Below, piece by piece: positions 18,424 through 27,555 of a stretch of 64,000 nucleotides of DNA. A model generated the notes under the pieces. The model did not search any database. It saw only the letters and a list, made by a program, of their open reading frames with translations, and was not told the DNA's origin. The position numbers and the translations under genes were made by a program. Numbering within the stretch: the first letter of the stretch is position 1; each line of letters opens with the position of its first letter. Origin of the DNA: a virus (lineage: Duplodnaviria; Heunggongvirae; Uroviricota; Caudoviricetes); the IMG/VR virus record IMGVR_UViG_3300027777_000022; one strand, written 5' to 3'.

Positions 18424-19140
18424 CTAAATGTGCCGGGTATAGTATTCTTCTACTTTGCGCCACCACAAGTCACGATAACGATCGTACTCAACACCTTCCA
18501 ACACAAATTCTTGATATTGAGGAGCACTGATGATATTGTGACTTGCATCAAGTTCAGGTTTTACACACATGAGAATCACACCCTTGCGTATTTTTGTGCC
18601 ATGCAATTCGTTGTGTGCTTCTGCATACGCACACAGTTGAACAAAGTAATCATCAATCCATTCACGCTTCTTGGGCTTGTTAGATTGTTTGTAATCCAAT
18701 ATAGATTCTTCATTTAGGTGCAGGCCTGCACCGTCGGTGGTACCTGCATATATCTTGGGAAAGTATAACGGTACTTCAATACCCCAGAATTCATTTACAT
18801 TTTTTAATCCATCACGGATCACAGTCTTGGCCATTTCGTGACTTGACCAACTAAACGGATTGGTGCCACGTTCTTTGATTGCGCCTGTTTTCACATAGTC
18901 TTCGAGATATGTGTGCATACGTGTGCCACGATTGGCAGCTTCGGTAGTGATTTGCTGTGCTTTTTCTGCACCCACTGCACGGCGCCAATTGTGTAGTGCT
19001 GCTTTGCTTTCTTCGCTTTTGGTTTTGTCAAGAATAGTAGTCACCGACGGCAACTTGTTTCCATCAGGTGTGGCATAGAAACGTTTGCCGTCTATTGTGA
19101 CTCTGGGGATTTCTTGATAATCAAATTTTGGATTGTACAA
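18424..19140 (-). CDS. PD-(D/E)XK exonuclease
   Basis: PSVTTIL, RGTRMH, YAGTTD, ILDYKQS and QLCAYA motifs; probable TTG start at 19140. Confidence 0.85.
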   Translation of the reverse strand: MYNPKFDYQEIPRVTIDGKRFYATPDGNKLPSVTTILDKTKSEESKAALHNWRRAVGAEKAQQITTEAANRGTRMHTYLEDYVKTGAIKERGTNPFSWSSHEMAKTVIRDGLKNVNEFWGIEVPLYFPKIYAGTTDGAGLHLNEESILDYKQSNKPKKREWIDDYFVQLCAYAEAHNELHGTKIRKGVILMCVKPELDASHNIISAPQYQEFVLEGVEYDRYRDLWWRKVEEYYTRHI

Positions 19141-19141
19141 A

Positions 19142-19465
19142 TTAAACTCTAAAACTTTCTCCACATCCGCAGCGATCGCGCTCGTTGGGATTGGAGAATT
19201 CAAATCCCTCGTTGAGTCCTTGTCGAACATAATCCACGGTCATACCTGAAAGATATACTTCGTGTTTTTTGTCCACTATCACAGAAAAACCAGATTGAGC
19301 ATAGTTTATTGTGGTATCGTCGGCAGTGTGTTCATCAACATATTCTAGCACATAAGCTAGTCCAGAGCAACCTGTAGTTTTTACTGCCAAACGAATGCCC
19401 ACGCCTCCGCGTTTCTCTAGCAATCGTTGTATTTTGCTTCGAGCAATATCAGTCAATGTAATCAT
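19142..19465 (-). CDS. iscA: Fe-S cluster assembly A-type carrier IscA
   Basis: GCSGLAY and CGCGESF motifs. Confidence 0.95.
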   Translation of the reverse strand: MITLTDIARSKIQRLLEKRGGVGIRLAVKTTGCSGLAYVLEYVDEHTADDTTINYAQSGFSVIVDKKHEVYLSGMTVDYVRQGLNEGFEFSNPNERDRCGCGESFRV

Positions 19466-19538
19466 AAGGACGATCGTACAGTTGTTGCCAGTTATGCTCT
19501 AAGTTGTGTTTGTTCAATAAAAAAATATCAATCGCATG

Positions 19539-19913
19539 TTAATGTCGTTGTTGATAATCTGCTACTGCGGCTTTGATCGCATCTTCTGCAAGTATTGAAC
19601 AATGAATTTTAACTGGGGGGAGGGCAAGCTCGCTAGCAATCTCGCTATTTTTAATCGCTGCTGCTTGGGCAAGTGTCCGTCCTTTGACCCATTCAGTAAC
19701 CAGCGAACTTGACGCAATCGCGCTTCCGCAACCATACGTTTTAAATCTTGCATCTGTGATAATTCCATCTTGAACTTTTATCTGCAATTTCATTACATCT
19801 CCGCAAGCAGGTGCACCAACCATGCCCGTGCCGATGTCAGTGTCGTCCTTGGAGAACGACCCCACATTGCGTGGGTTTTCATAATGATCGATTACTTGAT
19901 TTGAATATGCCAT
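19539..19913 (-). CDS. iscU: Fe-S cluster scaffold IscU
   Basis: DHYENPRNVG, GAPACGD, GCGSAIASSS and LPPVKIHCS motifs. Confidence 0.97.
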   Translation of the reverse strand: MAYSNQVIDHYENPRNVGSFSKDDTDIGTGMVGAPACGDVMKLQIKVQDGIITDARFKTYGCGSAIASSSLVTEWVKGRTLAQAAAIKNSEIASELALPPVKIHCSILAEDAIKAAVADYQQRH

Positions 19914-19931
19914 GAGTTTTTCCTTACAGTT

Positions 19932-19960
19932 ATTGTAAGGTATTTACTCCGCTGTGTCAA
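19932..19960 (-). promoter_or_regulatory. Composite sigma70 and late promoter for iscU-iscA-exonuclease
   Basis: TTGACA-17-TACAAT, with TAAATA (19941-19946) inside the spacer. Confidence 0.75.
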
Positions 19961-19970
19961 CAACAATGGA

Positions 19971-20318
19971 TTAGATACTACGATCTTTTTTCATTGCGGA
20001 TTGTGCAGCAGATGCCACAATATCCTGTGCTTGATTTACCGGCATTGTAACTGGTCCGGGTTGATCGCCACCTTTGAATATTAATTCGGTAGCGTCCGGA
20101 CTCATGGGTTCAATTAGGCCACTGAGTGGTGGTTGCCCAACTAGAGTTTGCAAAGTGTCAGGAGTGATGTCTATCCCCATACTTTGTGCTCGATTAATAA
20201 ATGCCTGCACTGGCATTTGCTTCTTGGCAGAAGTATCTTGTGCTCTACCCACAGCAAACCTAGCCAAGGCCAAGAGTCGGTCTGCGGTATCGTCTGCTTC
20301 TACTTCGTTGATTCGCAT
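19971..20318 (-). CDS. Putative head-associated protein
   Basis: 115 aa; N-terminus MRINEVE resembles a capsid-targeting sequence. Confidence 0.7.
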   Translation of the reverse strand: MRINEVEADDTADRLLALARFAVGRAQDTSAKKQMPVQAFINRAQSMGIDITPDTLQTLVGQPPLSGLIEPMSPDATELIFKGGDQPGPVTMPVNQAQDIVASAAQSAMKKDRSI

Positions 20319-21208
20319 TATCTACGCTCACGGCCTAGAGCTGCCGCTGGTCCACCAATTGCTGGTTCTTCGGGCGGGAGTTCAGCACCAGCTTCTTCAC
20401 CAGGTGGAGGACCTGCTAGTCCCATATCTCCACCTGGAGGAGGAGTCATGCCCATGTCGGCACCCGGAGTAGGCGCTTGTCCAGTAACTACACCAAGAGC
20501 TTGTTCCAGTTGTTGCTTGCTGCCTTGTAAGTTTTGCACCAATCCGCTGAGTGCTGCTTGTGCATCATTGTTGAACTGTGCTGCTTGGTCTGGTCCAATT
20601 TGATTTTTAATTGAATCAACCAGGGCTGGCAATTCTTTAAATTGCATCTCAGTGCTGTCTTCAATCATGCTTTGCATTTTGTCAACCATGTCTTGTGCAG
20701 CCAATACCACTTGCGCCTGTTGTACTTCTCCTTCACTAAGGTAGTAACCACCAGCTTGAGCACGACGACGCCATTCTTGCACTGTGGTAGTGGTTTTAGC
20801 AGCATTGAGTTGATTTTGAAGATCAGTGACTTCTTTTTTCTTTGCTTCAAGATCTGTTTCGAGCTTTTTAACAGTATCCACTTTTTGTTTAGCAGCCATA
20901 GCAGCAGCTTGTTGAGGATTTATACCAGGTGCTGCTCCTGGAGTTGCAGCAGCCATTTCATCTTCGTAGATCTTTTCAGCCAATGCTTGTTCCATCATCA
21001 TGAGTTTGAGATAAGACGGATTCTTTTCGCTATTATGGCGAGCAGGGCTAGAACGTACTTCGCTTAATACACCTCGCACCTGGCGATACATGTTATGCAA
21101 TTGGTTGCGGTTCAAAGTATCAAATTTGACTGACTGATCAAAGTGACCTTCAAACACTTTAGCGATTTGTTGTGTTGGGCGTGTTACGGCCAATTCGTTT
21201 AGTTTCAT
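20318..21208 (-). CDS. Putative prohead core/scaffold-like protein
   Basis: 296 aa, helical/coiled-coil, with (L/I/V)xE sites and a Pro/Gly tail; TAAATA upstream. Confidence 0.6.
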   Translation of the reverse strand: MKLNELAVTRPTQQIAKVFEGHFDQSVKFDTLNRNQLHNMYRQVRGVLSEVRSSPARHNSEKNPSYLKLMMMEQALAEKIYEDEMAAATPGAAPGINPQQAAAMAAKQKVDTVKKLETDLEAKKKEVTDLQNQLNAAKTTTTVQEWRRRAQAGGYYLSEGEVQQAQVVLAAQDMVDKMQSMIEDSTEMQFKELPALVDSIKNQIGPDQAAQFNNDAQAALSGLVQNLQGSKQQLEQALGVVTGQAPTPGADMGMTPPPGGDMGLAGPPPGEEAGAELPPEEPAIGGPAAALGRERR

Positions 21209-21650
21209 CTGAGTTTCCTCGTAGTTGCCAGTATTTAGCCAAATTTATACATTTTGCTAGTTCTTTCTCCAGGACTTGCGTATGTTCATGCCTGGCACTT
21301 GTTTTGTTAATCAAGTTTTCCCATGTGTGCCCGGCTGTGCGATCAGCCAATGCACGACGTACATATATGTCATTTCTCAATCTTGTTATGGATTGATCTA
21401 ATTGTTGTATTTGTCTAGCCAAATTAAGGTGGTTTAGATTGTCTGCTATACACCACGCTAGTGCAGGTTTGGTTCCAGAGAATGTGCCAATATCATCATC
21501 ACGCATGCGAACTTGAACGCCTGCAGGTACAGGTTGGATGGTGTATTTGCCAAATGCTCGATACTTTTTGCCATCTTCTATGATCACTTTGTCCAGCAGC
21601 AAAGGCAGCTCTTTTGCTGCCAACGCAGCCAATTTACAACTGGCTTTCAT
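21159..21650 (-). CDS. Hypothetical protein
   Basis: Start reassigned to ATG 21650 (ATGA overlap with the upstream stop). Confidence 0.7.
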   Translation of the reverse strand: MKASCKLAALAAKELPLLLDKVIIEDGKKYRAFGKYTIQPVPAGVQVRMRDDDIGTFSGTKPALAWCIADNLNHLNLARQIQQLDQSITRLRNDIYVRRALADRTAGHTWENLINKTSARHEHTQVLEKELAKCINLAKYWQLRGNSDETKRIGRNTPNTTNR

Positions 21651-21907
21651 TTGAATACGTAATTTGTCAGCATCCAACCTACTGTGGCCACAAGGAATCC
21701 AATGATACCAATTCCCCAACTGATCAGCTGATCAGTACGTTTGTTGGACATGGTTTGCACCATGCTGTGTACTTCCGAAGTCATGGTTTTAACTGAGCCA
21801 ATATCGGACTCAACATTTTCAATCTTGAGTTCCAACATTCGGTAACGTTCAGCACAAAGCTCAACGTGGGCCTCTAAACTTTTCTTTTCAATATCTGTAG
21901 TGTCCAT
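21647..21907 (-). CDS. Coiled-coil protein with a C-terminal TM helix (holin/XhlA-like)
   Basis: 86 aa with a single C-terminal hydrophobic helix; late promoter. Confidence 0.6.
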   Translation of the reverse strand: MDTTDIEKKSLEAHVELCAERYRMLELKIENVESDIGSVKTMTSEVHSMVQTMSNKRTDQLISWGIGIIGFLVATVGWMLTNYVFK

Positions 21908-21910
21908 GAG

Positions 21911-22321
21911 TTATTTATGGTTCAAGGGGTCAAACCAGATGTTCACACCTGGACGTAACAACGTGGTCAGTTGTTGTTCAACATAGTTAATGATGGGTAC
22001 ACCATCGCATGCTTGTCGTAGTCTTCCCACAGGATCATCATTGACTCTAAATACATCATCAAAATCTGTATCAAACTCAAATTGCCAACGTTGATCTTTG
22101 GCACGCACTTGTGATACTCGTACTGGTTGTGTGTAGAGACCAATCAACTGCATGATGGTTTCCCAGTTGCGTTGTTGGTTTCGACTGCGTACCCATGTGG
22201 ATACGTCAGTTACTTGTTGGCCTAGATGATCCGTAAACGGCAACAAATTTTCTCTCAGATGCCCAGTAACTCCGGTGGGCCTGCAATCAAAGTCGGTGGT
22301 TATTTGTATACTCAGTGTCAT
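21911..22321 (-). CDS. Hypothetical late protein
   Basis: 136 aa; TAAATA-N4-ATG. Confidence 0.75.
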   Translation of the reverse strand: MTLSIQITTDFDCRPTGVTGHLRENLLPFTDHLGQQVTDVSTWVRSRNQQRNWETIMQLIGLYTQPVRVSQVRAKDQRWQFEFDTDFDDVFRVNDDPVGRLRQACDGVPIINYVEQQLTTLLRPGVNIWFDPLNHK

Positions 22322-22336
22322 ATGGTATTTACGGCC

Positions 22337-22370
22337 AAAAAAAAGCCTTGGAAATTAATCCAAGGCTTTT
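22337..22370. terminator. Intrinsic terminator
   Basis: AAAAGCCTTGGA...TCCAAGGCTTTT inverted repeat with an A8 tract. Confidence 0.85.
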
Positions 22371-22391
22371 GTTCTTTACTACTGCCTGGAA

Positions 22392-22823
22392 TTAGACAGG
22401 AGCAAAGTTGGTTGCACTTGTGGTAAACACAGCATTACCAGCGCATGAGTTCAATTGCAAGTTCTGACCACCAGACGCCACTGTGGCACTGGTATTAGCA
22501 ATGGCCAACAGTGTCACATTGCTGTACACATCTGTTGGGTAGATAGCCAAGTTCAACACTGTGGGTGCTGCCGGGCTGACCTGATACATTGCTACTGTGG
22601 CCTTGGTCTGGATGGCTTGCATCAGGTTGTTGATGTAGCCATTGACGTTAGCAGAAGTTGTCAACGCACCATTGGCTACCAAGCTGAAAAAGTCCAGCTT
22701 GGGGCCTTGGAAGTTAACCGAGCCTGTGGCTGCAATGTTAGCTGTACCTTGAATGTTGCCATTCGCAGTGTCCATGTGGAATACCGGTTGGGTAGTTCCG
22801 TTTACTCTTGTAAATACTGCCAT
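22392..22823 (-). CDS. Putative abundant virion protein (capsid decoration-like)
   Basis: Monocistronic unit: TAAATA, 5' hairpin, AGGAG RBS and terminator; small-residue-rich beta-type protein. Confidence 0.65.
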   Translation of the reverse strand: MAVFTRVNGTTQPVFHMDTANGNIQGTANIAATGSVNFQGPKLDFFSLVANGALTTSANVNGYINNLMQAIQTKATVAMYQVSPAAPTVLNLAIYPTDVYSNVTLLAIANTSATVASGGQNLQLNSCAGNAVFTTSATNFAPV

Positions 22824-22883
22824 TTTAAAATCTCCTAGTTAGTGGGTTTTTGCCCTACACTTATTTATGAATTTGGCAAAAAA

Positions 22884-24863
22884 TTACACGGTTGGCGGAT
22901 TGTTTCGTGCTTTGTTTCTGGCAGTAAAGTCAAATCTGTTGACTGCTTTGCCATAGCCTGCAGGGGTGGCAAACACCCATCCTTCGTTACCGGGCACTTG
23001 CGCATCTAACTGTGATAACAGATCCAGCTTCAAGTCATGCAACAATTCAAACAACAAAAACGCAGCAGCCAATGCCTGCTCGTTTGATGTAGGGCTGCGT
23101 AGGTATTGTGCAATGTTGTTGACTTTTTGCGGAGTTTGAGTCTGCTGCAACCAAGACAAAAATCCTGGAACCAGATCGCTAAAGTCACCAGTGTATGCTG
23201 CATGATTTGGATCCACTCGCTTGTTGATATAATCCACTGCCAGCTTGGCCAAATCCGTAATCTTCATAGCACGCAACTCTGCAGGATTAAACAATGTGTC
23301 TAATGCTGCACGGTTTTGACGCAATAACTTCTTGATCTCTTTTGTTATGGCATCGTTCTTTGGAACAGGTTTGGCATAGATGGGTTCAATCAACAACAAT
23401 CCAGGTACAGGATTGAACTTGACTCTGCTGAGTGGTTGTTTAGCAGCACCTGCATCTTCATACATGGTATGCACTGCCACACCCACGTCGCTATTGGCAA
23501 TTTGCTGGCCCAACTTGCTGTTCACAGGAATGCGATACTGTACTGTGTTGGGTTGGAATACCAGATTGCCGGCTTCCACTGGCGGTGTTTGTGTGTATAA
23601 CAAATCACCTTTAACAAACCCACGGAAGTTTTCTGGAGTTGCGGCTTCAAGATATGGCCAGATGGTTTGATAAACCGGCAACAATGTTGCAACTCGTGTG
23701 GCTGCATTGCCTTTGGCTGCTGCATTGGCATCTCTGCGAGCCATGTCATTTGCAATGGCATCCGGACTGGTGAACAATCCGTCATAGCCGGCAGCAGTGA
23801 AACCTGCATCATCTGTGAGCACAAACTCACCAGTTTCTGGTTTGCGGCCAAACACCACAGCAGGTTTTCCATCCCACTTTACTGATCCAGTTTTGGGATT
23901 GGTATAGAATGAATCTGCAATGGCCAATGCTCGATCAACACCAGCTGTGCCTTGACGAAACACATAATCCTCCAGGTGCTCAATGCCCTTGGCTTTGCCG
24001 CCTACAGCAGCGGGTTCTGCTTCGTAAAGATGATATGTTTTTTTAGTTTCAATCAATGGTAGCATGCCTTGATTTACAATTCTATCACGTAGTCGTGCTA
24101 GGAAGTTTACGTCATTTTCTTTCACTGTGGTAGCAGGCTCTTGTAATCCTTCACGTGAGAGATATTCACGGAAGTCTGCTAATTTGGTGTCACGTGCAGG
24201 ATCTTGTGATAGTGCAGCATAGATGGATTCTACATTTTTTAGATTCTCACGGGTGGCACCCGGGCCTAGCAATACACTGGCCACATAGTCAGGGTCCATT
24301 CCGCCATCGACCAGTTGATTTGTTGTGCGAGAAAACATGCCATTGGCACCCACTTTGAGTCCCAATTGCTTGGCTATGCTGCTCATGAGCACATTGCGAT
24401 TCATACCTTTGTATGCTGAATCTGTGCCCCCAGCATAAAAAAACTGTCCCCAATCCAGGTTAGGAAAGAACATAAAATCTGTTTGTACAAAGCCCTTGTT
24501 GGAATCACCACCAATGGGTGTGCGTAAATGTACTTCGCCACTTTTTTTGACCCATTCCCTAGGATCAAGCCCTTGACTTTGCACAAACTGTGTAAGAGTA
24601 GCAGCCAATTGTTCCTTGCTGATCTCATTGAGATCCACAGCAAGATCAAGATCGCCTGATGTGGGTTTTTTACCAGTGCTACCCAACCAACGTAGTGGTA
24701 TTCCGTCAGAGCCTTTTTCTGTAGTAAAATCTATACCAGTCACTTGTTCAATCCAGTCAACTGTAGCAGGCACATCTTGAAGATTGATACGTTGTGTCAA
24801 TGGTTCACCCAACTTGGTTTTGAATACGTTGCCACCTTCAAGTAGCTGTTTAATTTGCATCAC
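22884..24863 (-). CDS. Pol-beta-type nucleotidyltransferase fused to a KxDG ligase-like domain; probably head-packaged
   Basis: N-terminal LGSTGKKPTSGDLDLAVD and VQTDF; C-terminal KGIEHLED...SVKWDGKPA...KGDLL...EGWV. Confidence 0.65.
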   Translation of the reverse strand: MMQIKQLLEGGNVFKTKLGEPLTQRINLQDVPATVDWIEQVTGIDFTTEKGSDGIPLRWLGSTGKKPTSGDLDLAVDLNEISKEQLAATLTQFVQSQGLDPREWVKKSGEVHLRTPIGGDSNKGFVQTDFMFFPNLDWGQFFYAGGTDSAYKGMNRNVLMSSIAKQLGLKVGANGMFSRTTNQLVDGGMDPDYVASVLLGPGATRENLKNVESIYAALSQDPARDTKLADFREYLSREGLQEPATTVKENDVNFLARLRDRIVNQGMLPLIETKKTYHLYEAEPAAVGGKAKGIEHLEDYVFRQGTAGVDRALAIADSFYTNPKTGSVKWDGKPAVVFGRKPETGEFVLTDDAGFTAAGYDGLFTSPDAIANDMARRDANAAAKGNAATRVATLLPVYQTIWPYLEAATPENFRGFVKGDLLYTQTPPVEAGNLVFQPNTVQYRIPVNSKLGQQIANSDVGVAVHTMYEDAGAAKQPLSRVKFNPVPGLLLIEPIYAKPVPKNDAITKEIKKLLRQNRAALDTLFNPAELRAMKITDLAKLAVDYINKRVDPNHAAYTGDFSDLVPGFLSWLQQTQTPQKVNNIAQYLRSPTSNEQALAAAFLLFELLHDLKLDLLSQLDAQVPGNEGWVFATPAGYGKAVNRFDFTARNKARNNPPTV

Positions 24864-25095
24864 TGCGCCTCACTGTTCTAGCAAATTTTCCTGCATCTCG
24901 TGTACGGATAGCATTGAGCAATTTGCGTGTTAAATTTTCTGCTTGTTCTTGGGTGTAGGAAGCATCGATCTGTTCCAGCAGATTGATTGCGCCAGCAATG
25001 ATATTTGCAGCACGGCTCTCTATCACTAGGTCGCGTTCGCGCTCAATGTACATAGAATCTAATTCTTCTAGTAAACTACGAGTGCGTTTCTGCAT
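24850..25095 (-). CDS. Hypothetical protein
   Basis: 81-aa helical ORF with TAAATA upstream. Confidence 0.75.
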   Translation of the reverse strand: MQKRTRSLLEELDSMYIERERDLVIESRAANIIAGAINLLEQIDASYTQEQAENLTRKLLNAIRTRDAGKFARTVRRSDAN

Positions 25096-25113
25096 ATGGA
25101 TAAGGCCCTTGAC

Positions 25114-26124
25114 TTATTTATTGATTTTAGTTCCACATACATCATTACAAATTATCAAACGCCCTTGTTCGAATGCGGGTATTTCCCAAGTGGCAACCAC
25201 TTTATTAAACCAAGAAATACAATCTTTAAGAGAGTTCTCTAATGCGTTGTTCTCACCAATCAATGGAGTTAGTTGAGAGTTAACAGCACTATGATAATTG
25301 CCATGCCCGTAGGTCTTGGGGCTAAACCCAAGAAAGCAACAGGGATATACCTCACCTATACTAGTGATATATAATGACTTTTGTTTTTTTACTTTACAAC
25401 TAATCGTAGCCGGAGAGCGACCTGGAGTGATATCTTCAAGAATCACTGTGTCCTGAGTTCGAGTTTTCCATAGTATTTCAAAATTTGTTTCAGTGGAATT
25501 GCCCATTACATGTACTAGATTTTTATTTTTATCAAAAACCGGTCCCTGATTTCTCCCGTGGTCTAATAGAATAAAATTTTGAAATCCTATCTCTTCACTA
25601 AGTTGTCTAGCTTGATCTTGTTGGTGACGATTGTGATCAAAATCAATCATCTTCCAACTGGCCGTTCCGCCCGCTTCTAGGAATATCTTAGCATTTTTTA
25701 TCACAGTTGAATACATTGTATTTTGTCTGTAAAGACTATGAACTTCATCTATGCCGTCGATACAAAATAATACGGCCACTTCTTCATGGGCTAATGCTTG
25801 CCAAAAATCACGATCTCTTGCTCCGCCATTGGTACTGATTGTAATTTGAAGTTGTGGATTGTGTAATTTAAAGTATTTAACAATAGCGACAGTGGCCTGA
25901 TTCATTACCGCATCACCAAAGTTACCATTGATAAAAACTTCCGTTATCTGTTTTAAAAATTCTGGCTGGAATATTTGTTGAGCTTGCGCTAATGTCATGT
26001 CATGTTCAATGTAACCGTCATTGTGCGGATATCCATAGAAATTTCTCGGGCACAATGGGCAGGCTGCATTGCATCTACTAGATATTTCTAGATGAACATG
26101 TGTTATTTCTTCAATACTATACAT
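25114..26124 (-). CDS. Radical SAM protein with a SPASM/twitch-like domain
   Basis: CNAACPLC (CX3CX2C), ISTNG, C...GEVYPCC and C-terminal CxxxC. Confidence 0.9.
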   Translation of the reverse strand: MYSIEEITHVHLEISSRCNAACPLCPRNFYGYPHNDGYIEHDMTLAQAQQIFQPEFLKQITEVFINGNFGDAVMNQATVAIVKYFKLHNPQLQITISTNGGARDRDFWQALAHEEVAVLFCIDGIDEVHSLYRQNTMYSTVIKNAKIFLEAGGTASWKMIDFDHNRHQQDQARQLSEEIGFQNFILLDHGRNQGPVFDKNKNLVHVMGNSTETNFEILWKTRTQDTVILEDITPGRSPATISCKVKKQKSLYITSIGEVYPCCFLGFSPKTYGHGNYHSAVNSQLTPLIGENNALENSLKDCISWFNKVVATWEIPAFEQGRLIICNDVCGTKINK

Positions 26125-26127
26125 ATT

Positions 26128-27555
26128 TTATACAGTTTTGATCTTGCCCAACAACTGCTTTAGCTTGGTGCTTTGCACATCTGCAGAAATTTTTGGATCC
26201 AATGGATCATGCCCATCTTTGGGTTTTGGTCGTTCCCACCCGCCAGTGGATTCGGACGGAGTAACTGATGTTTTTGCTTTGATAGAATCCATCAAGCTGG
26301 GTTTGCGGAATGAGTTTTCACTGTCTTCACCACCGGCATCGGTGATACGCATGGTATCAATATTGTATTCAAGATCAATCTTTTGTCCTACGCCTGTTGA
26401 ACTACGTGACTTCATACACTGAATTTGATACTTGCCACGCTCTTTCATTTGTCTGCTGGTAAAGATACCAAACACATTGTCTGCTGTGTTGATTTTGGAT
26501 ATACCACCAGAAATATGACTGTGATCAAACTCTACTTCTTCCACTGCTGATCTATTCAACTGACTTGCAGTGACCATGAGTATTTGTAGTTCTTTGGCCA
26601 AGTTACGCAGTTCTTCACTCACATACTTGTCTTTCACAAACAAGTCATTAGGGCTTACCTTTGCACTCACGGGCATCAACAAGTCTAAATAATCAATCAT
26701 CACAAAGTCCACACGTTTACCTGTTTGTATTTGATATTCTTTCAAGTAAGCACGAATATCATTGATATTGCTCTGTGCCGGTAGTCCTTTCACTTGATAG
26801 TTACCAGATTTCTTGCCTACCATTTTTACTTTGAGTTCAGTGGTATCAATGTCCTTGCGAATATCCTTTGTGCTCATGTTTGTAAGCATGGCATCAGTTC
26901 TCAAACTTGTGAGTTCTTCACTCAATTCCAGCGTGATGTATACTCCGCTTAGTCCGGCCTGAACCCAATTCAATGCTATGTTCATCATCACAAGACTCTT
27001 GCCTGAGCCTGATCCACCTGCAAAGATGTTGAGTTCTCCGCGACTGAATCCGCCATACAGCAGTCGATCCATCTGCGGCCATCCTGTGCTGACTTGCCCA
27101 CCAGAGTTGAAATACTTTTCAATTCTGCCTTTGGGATCAGCAAAGTAATCTGTGCCCATGTCCTTGGTCAGACTAATCTGTACAGCATCTTTGATCAGTT
27201 TCTCTACTGGATCGTAATCACCCTTCTCCAACAAGTCTGCTGCTTTGAGAATAGCACGTTCTAGCTCTTGGCGTCGAGTAAATGCTTCAAACTCAGTCAT
27301 GAACCATTCAAAGTGACCTTCATTTAGTTCAGGCACTGGTTGTAATTTTACTCCTGTTGTGGCCGATATCTGTGCTCGATCAGGAAGTGTTTTGTATCGG
27401 TCTCCGTGCTCTTTAAGAAACTCAGCAGCTGGTCTCAAACTTCTATCAAAGTTCTCTGGATTATAAATGTTCTGCACACGCACATAGCCTTGTGCATCCT
27501 CCAGCATCATTTCTAGAAATAACTTTTGTACTTTAATTCCGTAGTCTTTTAACAA
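26128..27555 (-). CDS. Replicative DNA helicase (gp41/DnaB-like)
   Basis: GGSGSGKS Walker A, LELS, IDYLDL and TASQLNR motifs. Confidence 0.93.
   Translation of the reverse strand: MLKDYGIKVQKLFLEMMLEDAQGYVRVQNIYNPENFDRSLRPAAEFLKEHGDRYKTLPDRAQISATTGVKLQPVPELNEGHFEWFMTEFEAFTRRQELERAILKAADLLEKGDYDPVEKLIKDAVQISLTKDMGTDYFADPKGRIEKYFNSGGQVSTGWPQMDRLLYGGFSRGELNIFAGGSGSGKSLVMMNIALNWVQAGLSGVYITLELSEELTSLRTDAMLTNMSTKDIRKDIDTTELKVKMVGKKSGNYQVKGLPAQSNINDIRAYLKEYQIQTGKRVDFVMIDYLDLLMPVSAKVSPNDLFVKDKYVSEELRNLAKELQILMVTASQLNRSAVEEVEFDHSHISGGISKINTADNVFGIFTSRQMKERGKYQIQCMKSRSSTGVGQKIDLEYNIDTMRITDAGGEDSENSFRKPSLMDSIKAKTSVTPSESTGGWERPKPKDGHDPLDPKISADVQSTKLKQLLGKIKTV

Noticed and set aside
18424-19140. Possible Cas4 or CRISPR link for the PD-(D/E)XK nuclease next to Fe-S genes
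   Set aside because: It lacks the four-Cys Fe-S motif of Cas4, and I saw no repeat-spacer array or cas genes in the window.
22884-24863. CBASS-type CD-NTase interpretation
   Set aside because: The GS/DxD signature is shared by the whole pol-beta superfamily, no effector or Cap genes are adjacent, and the context is virion genes.
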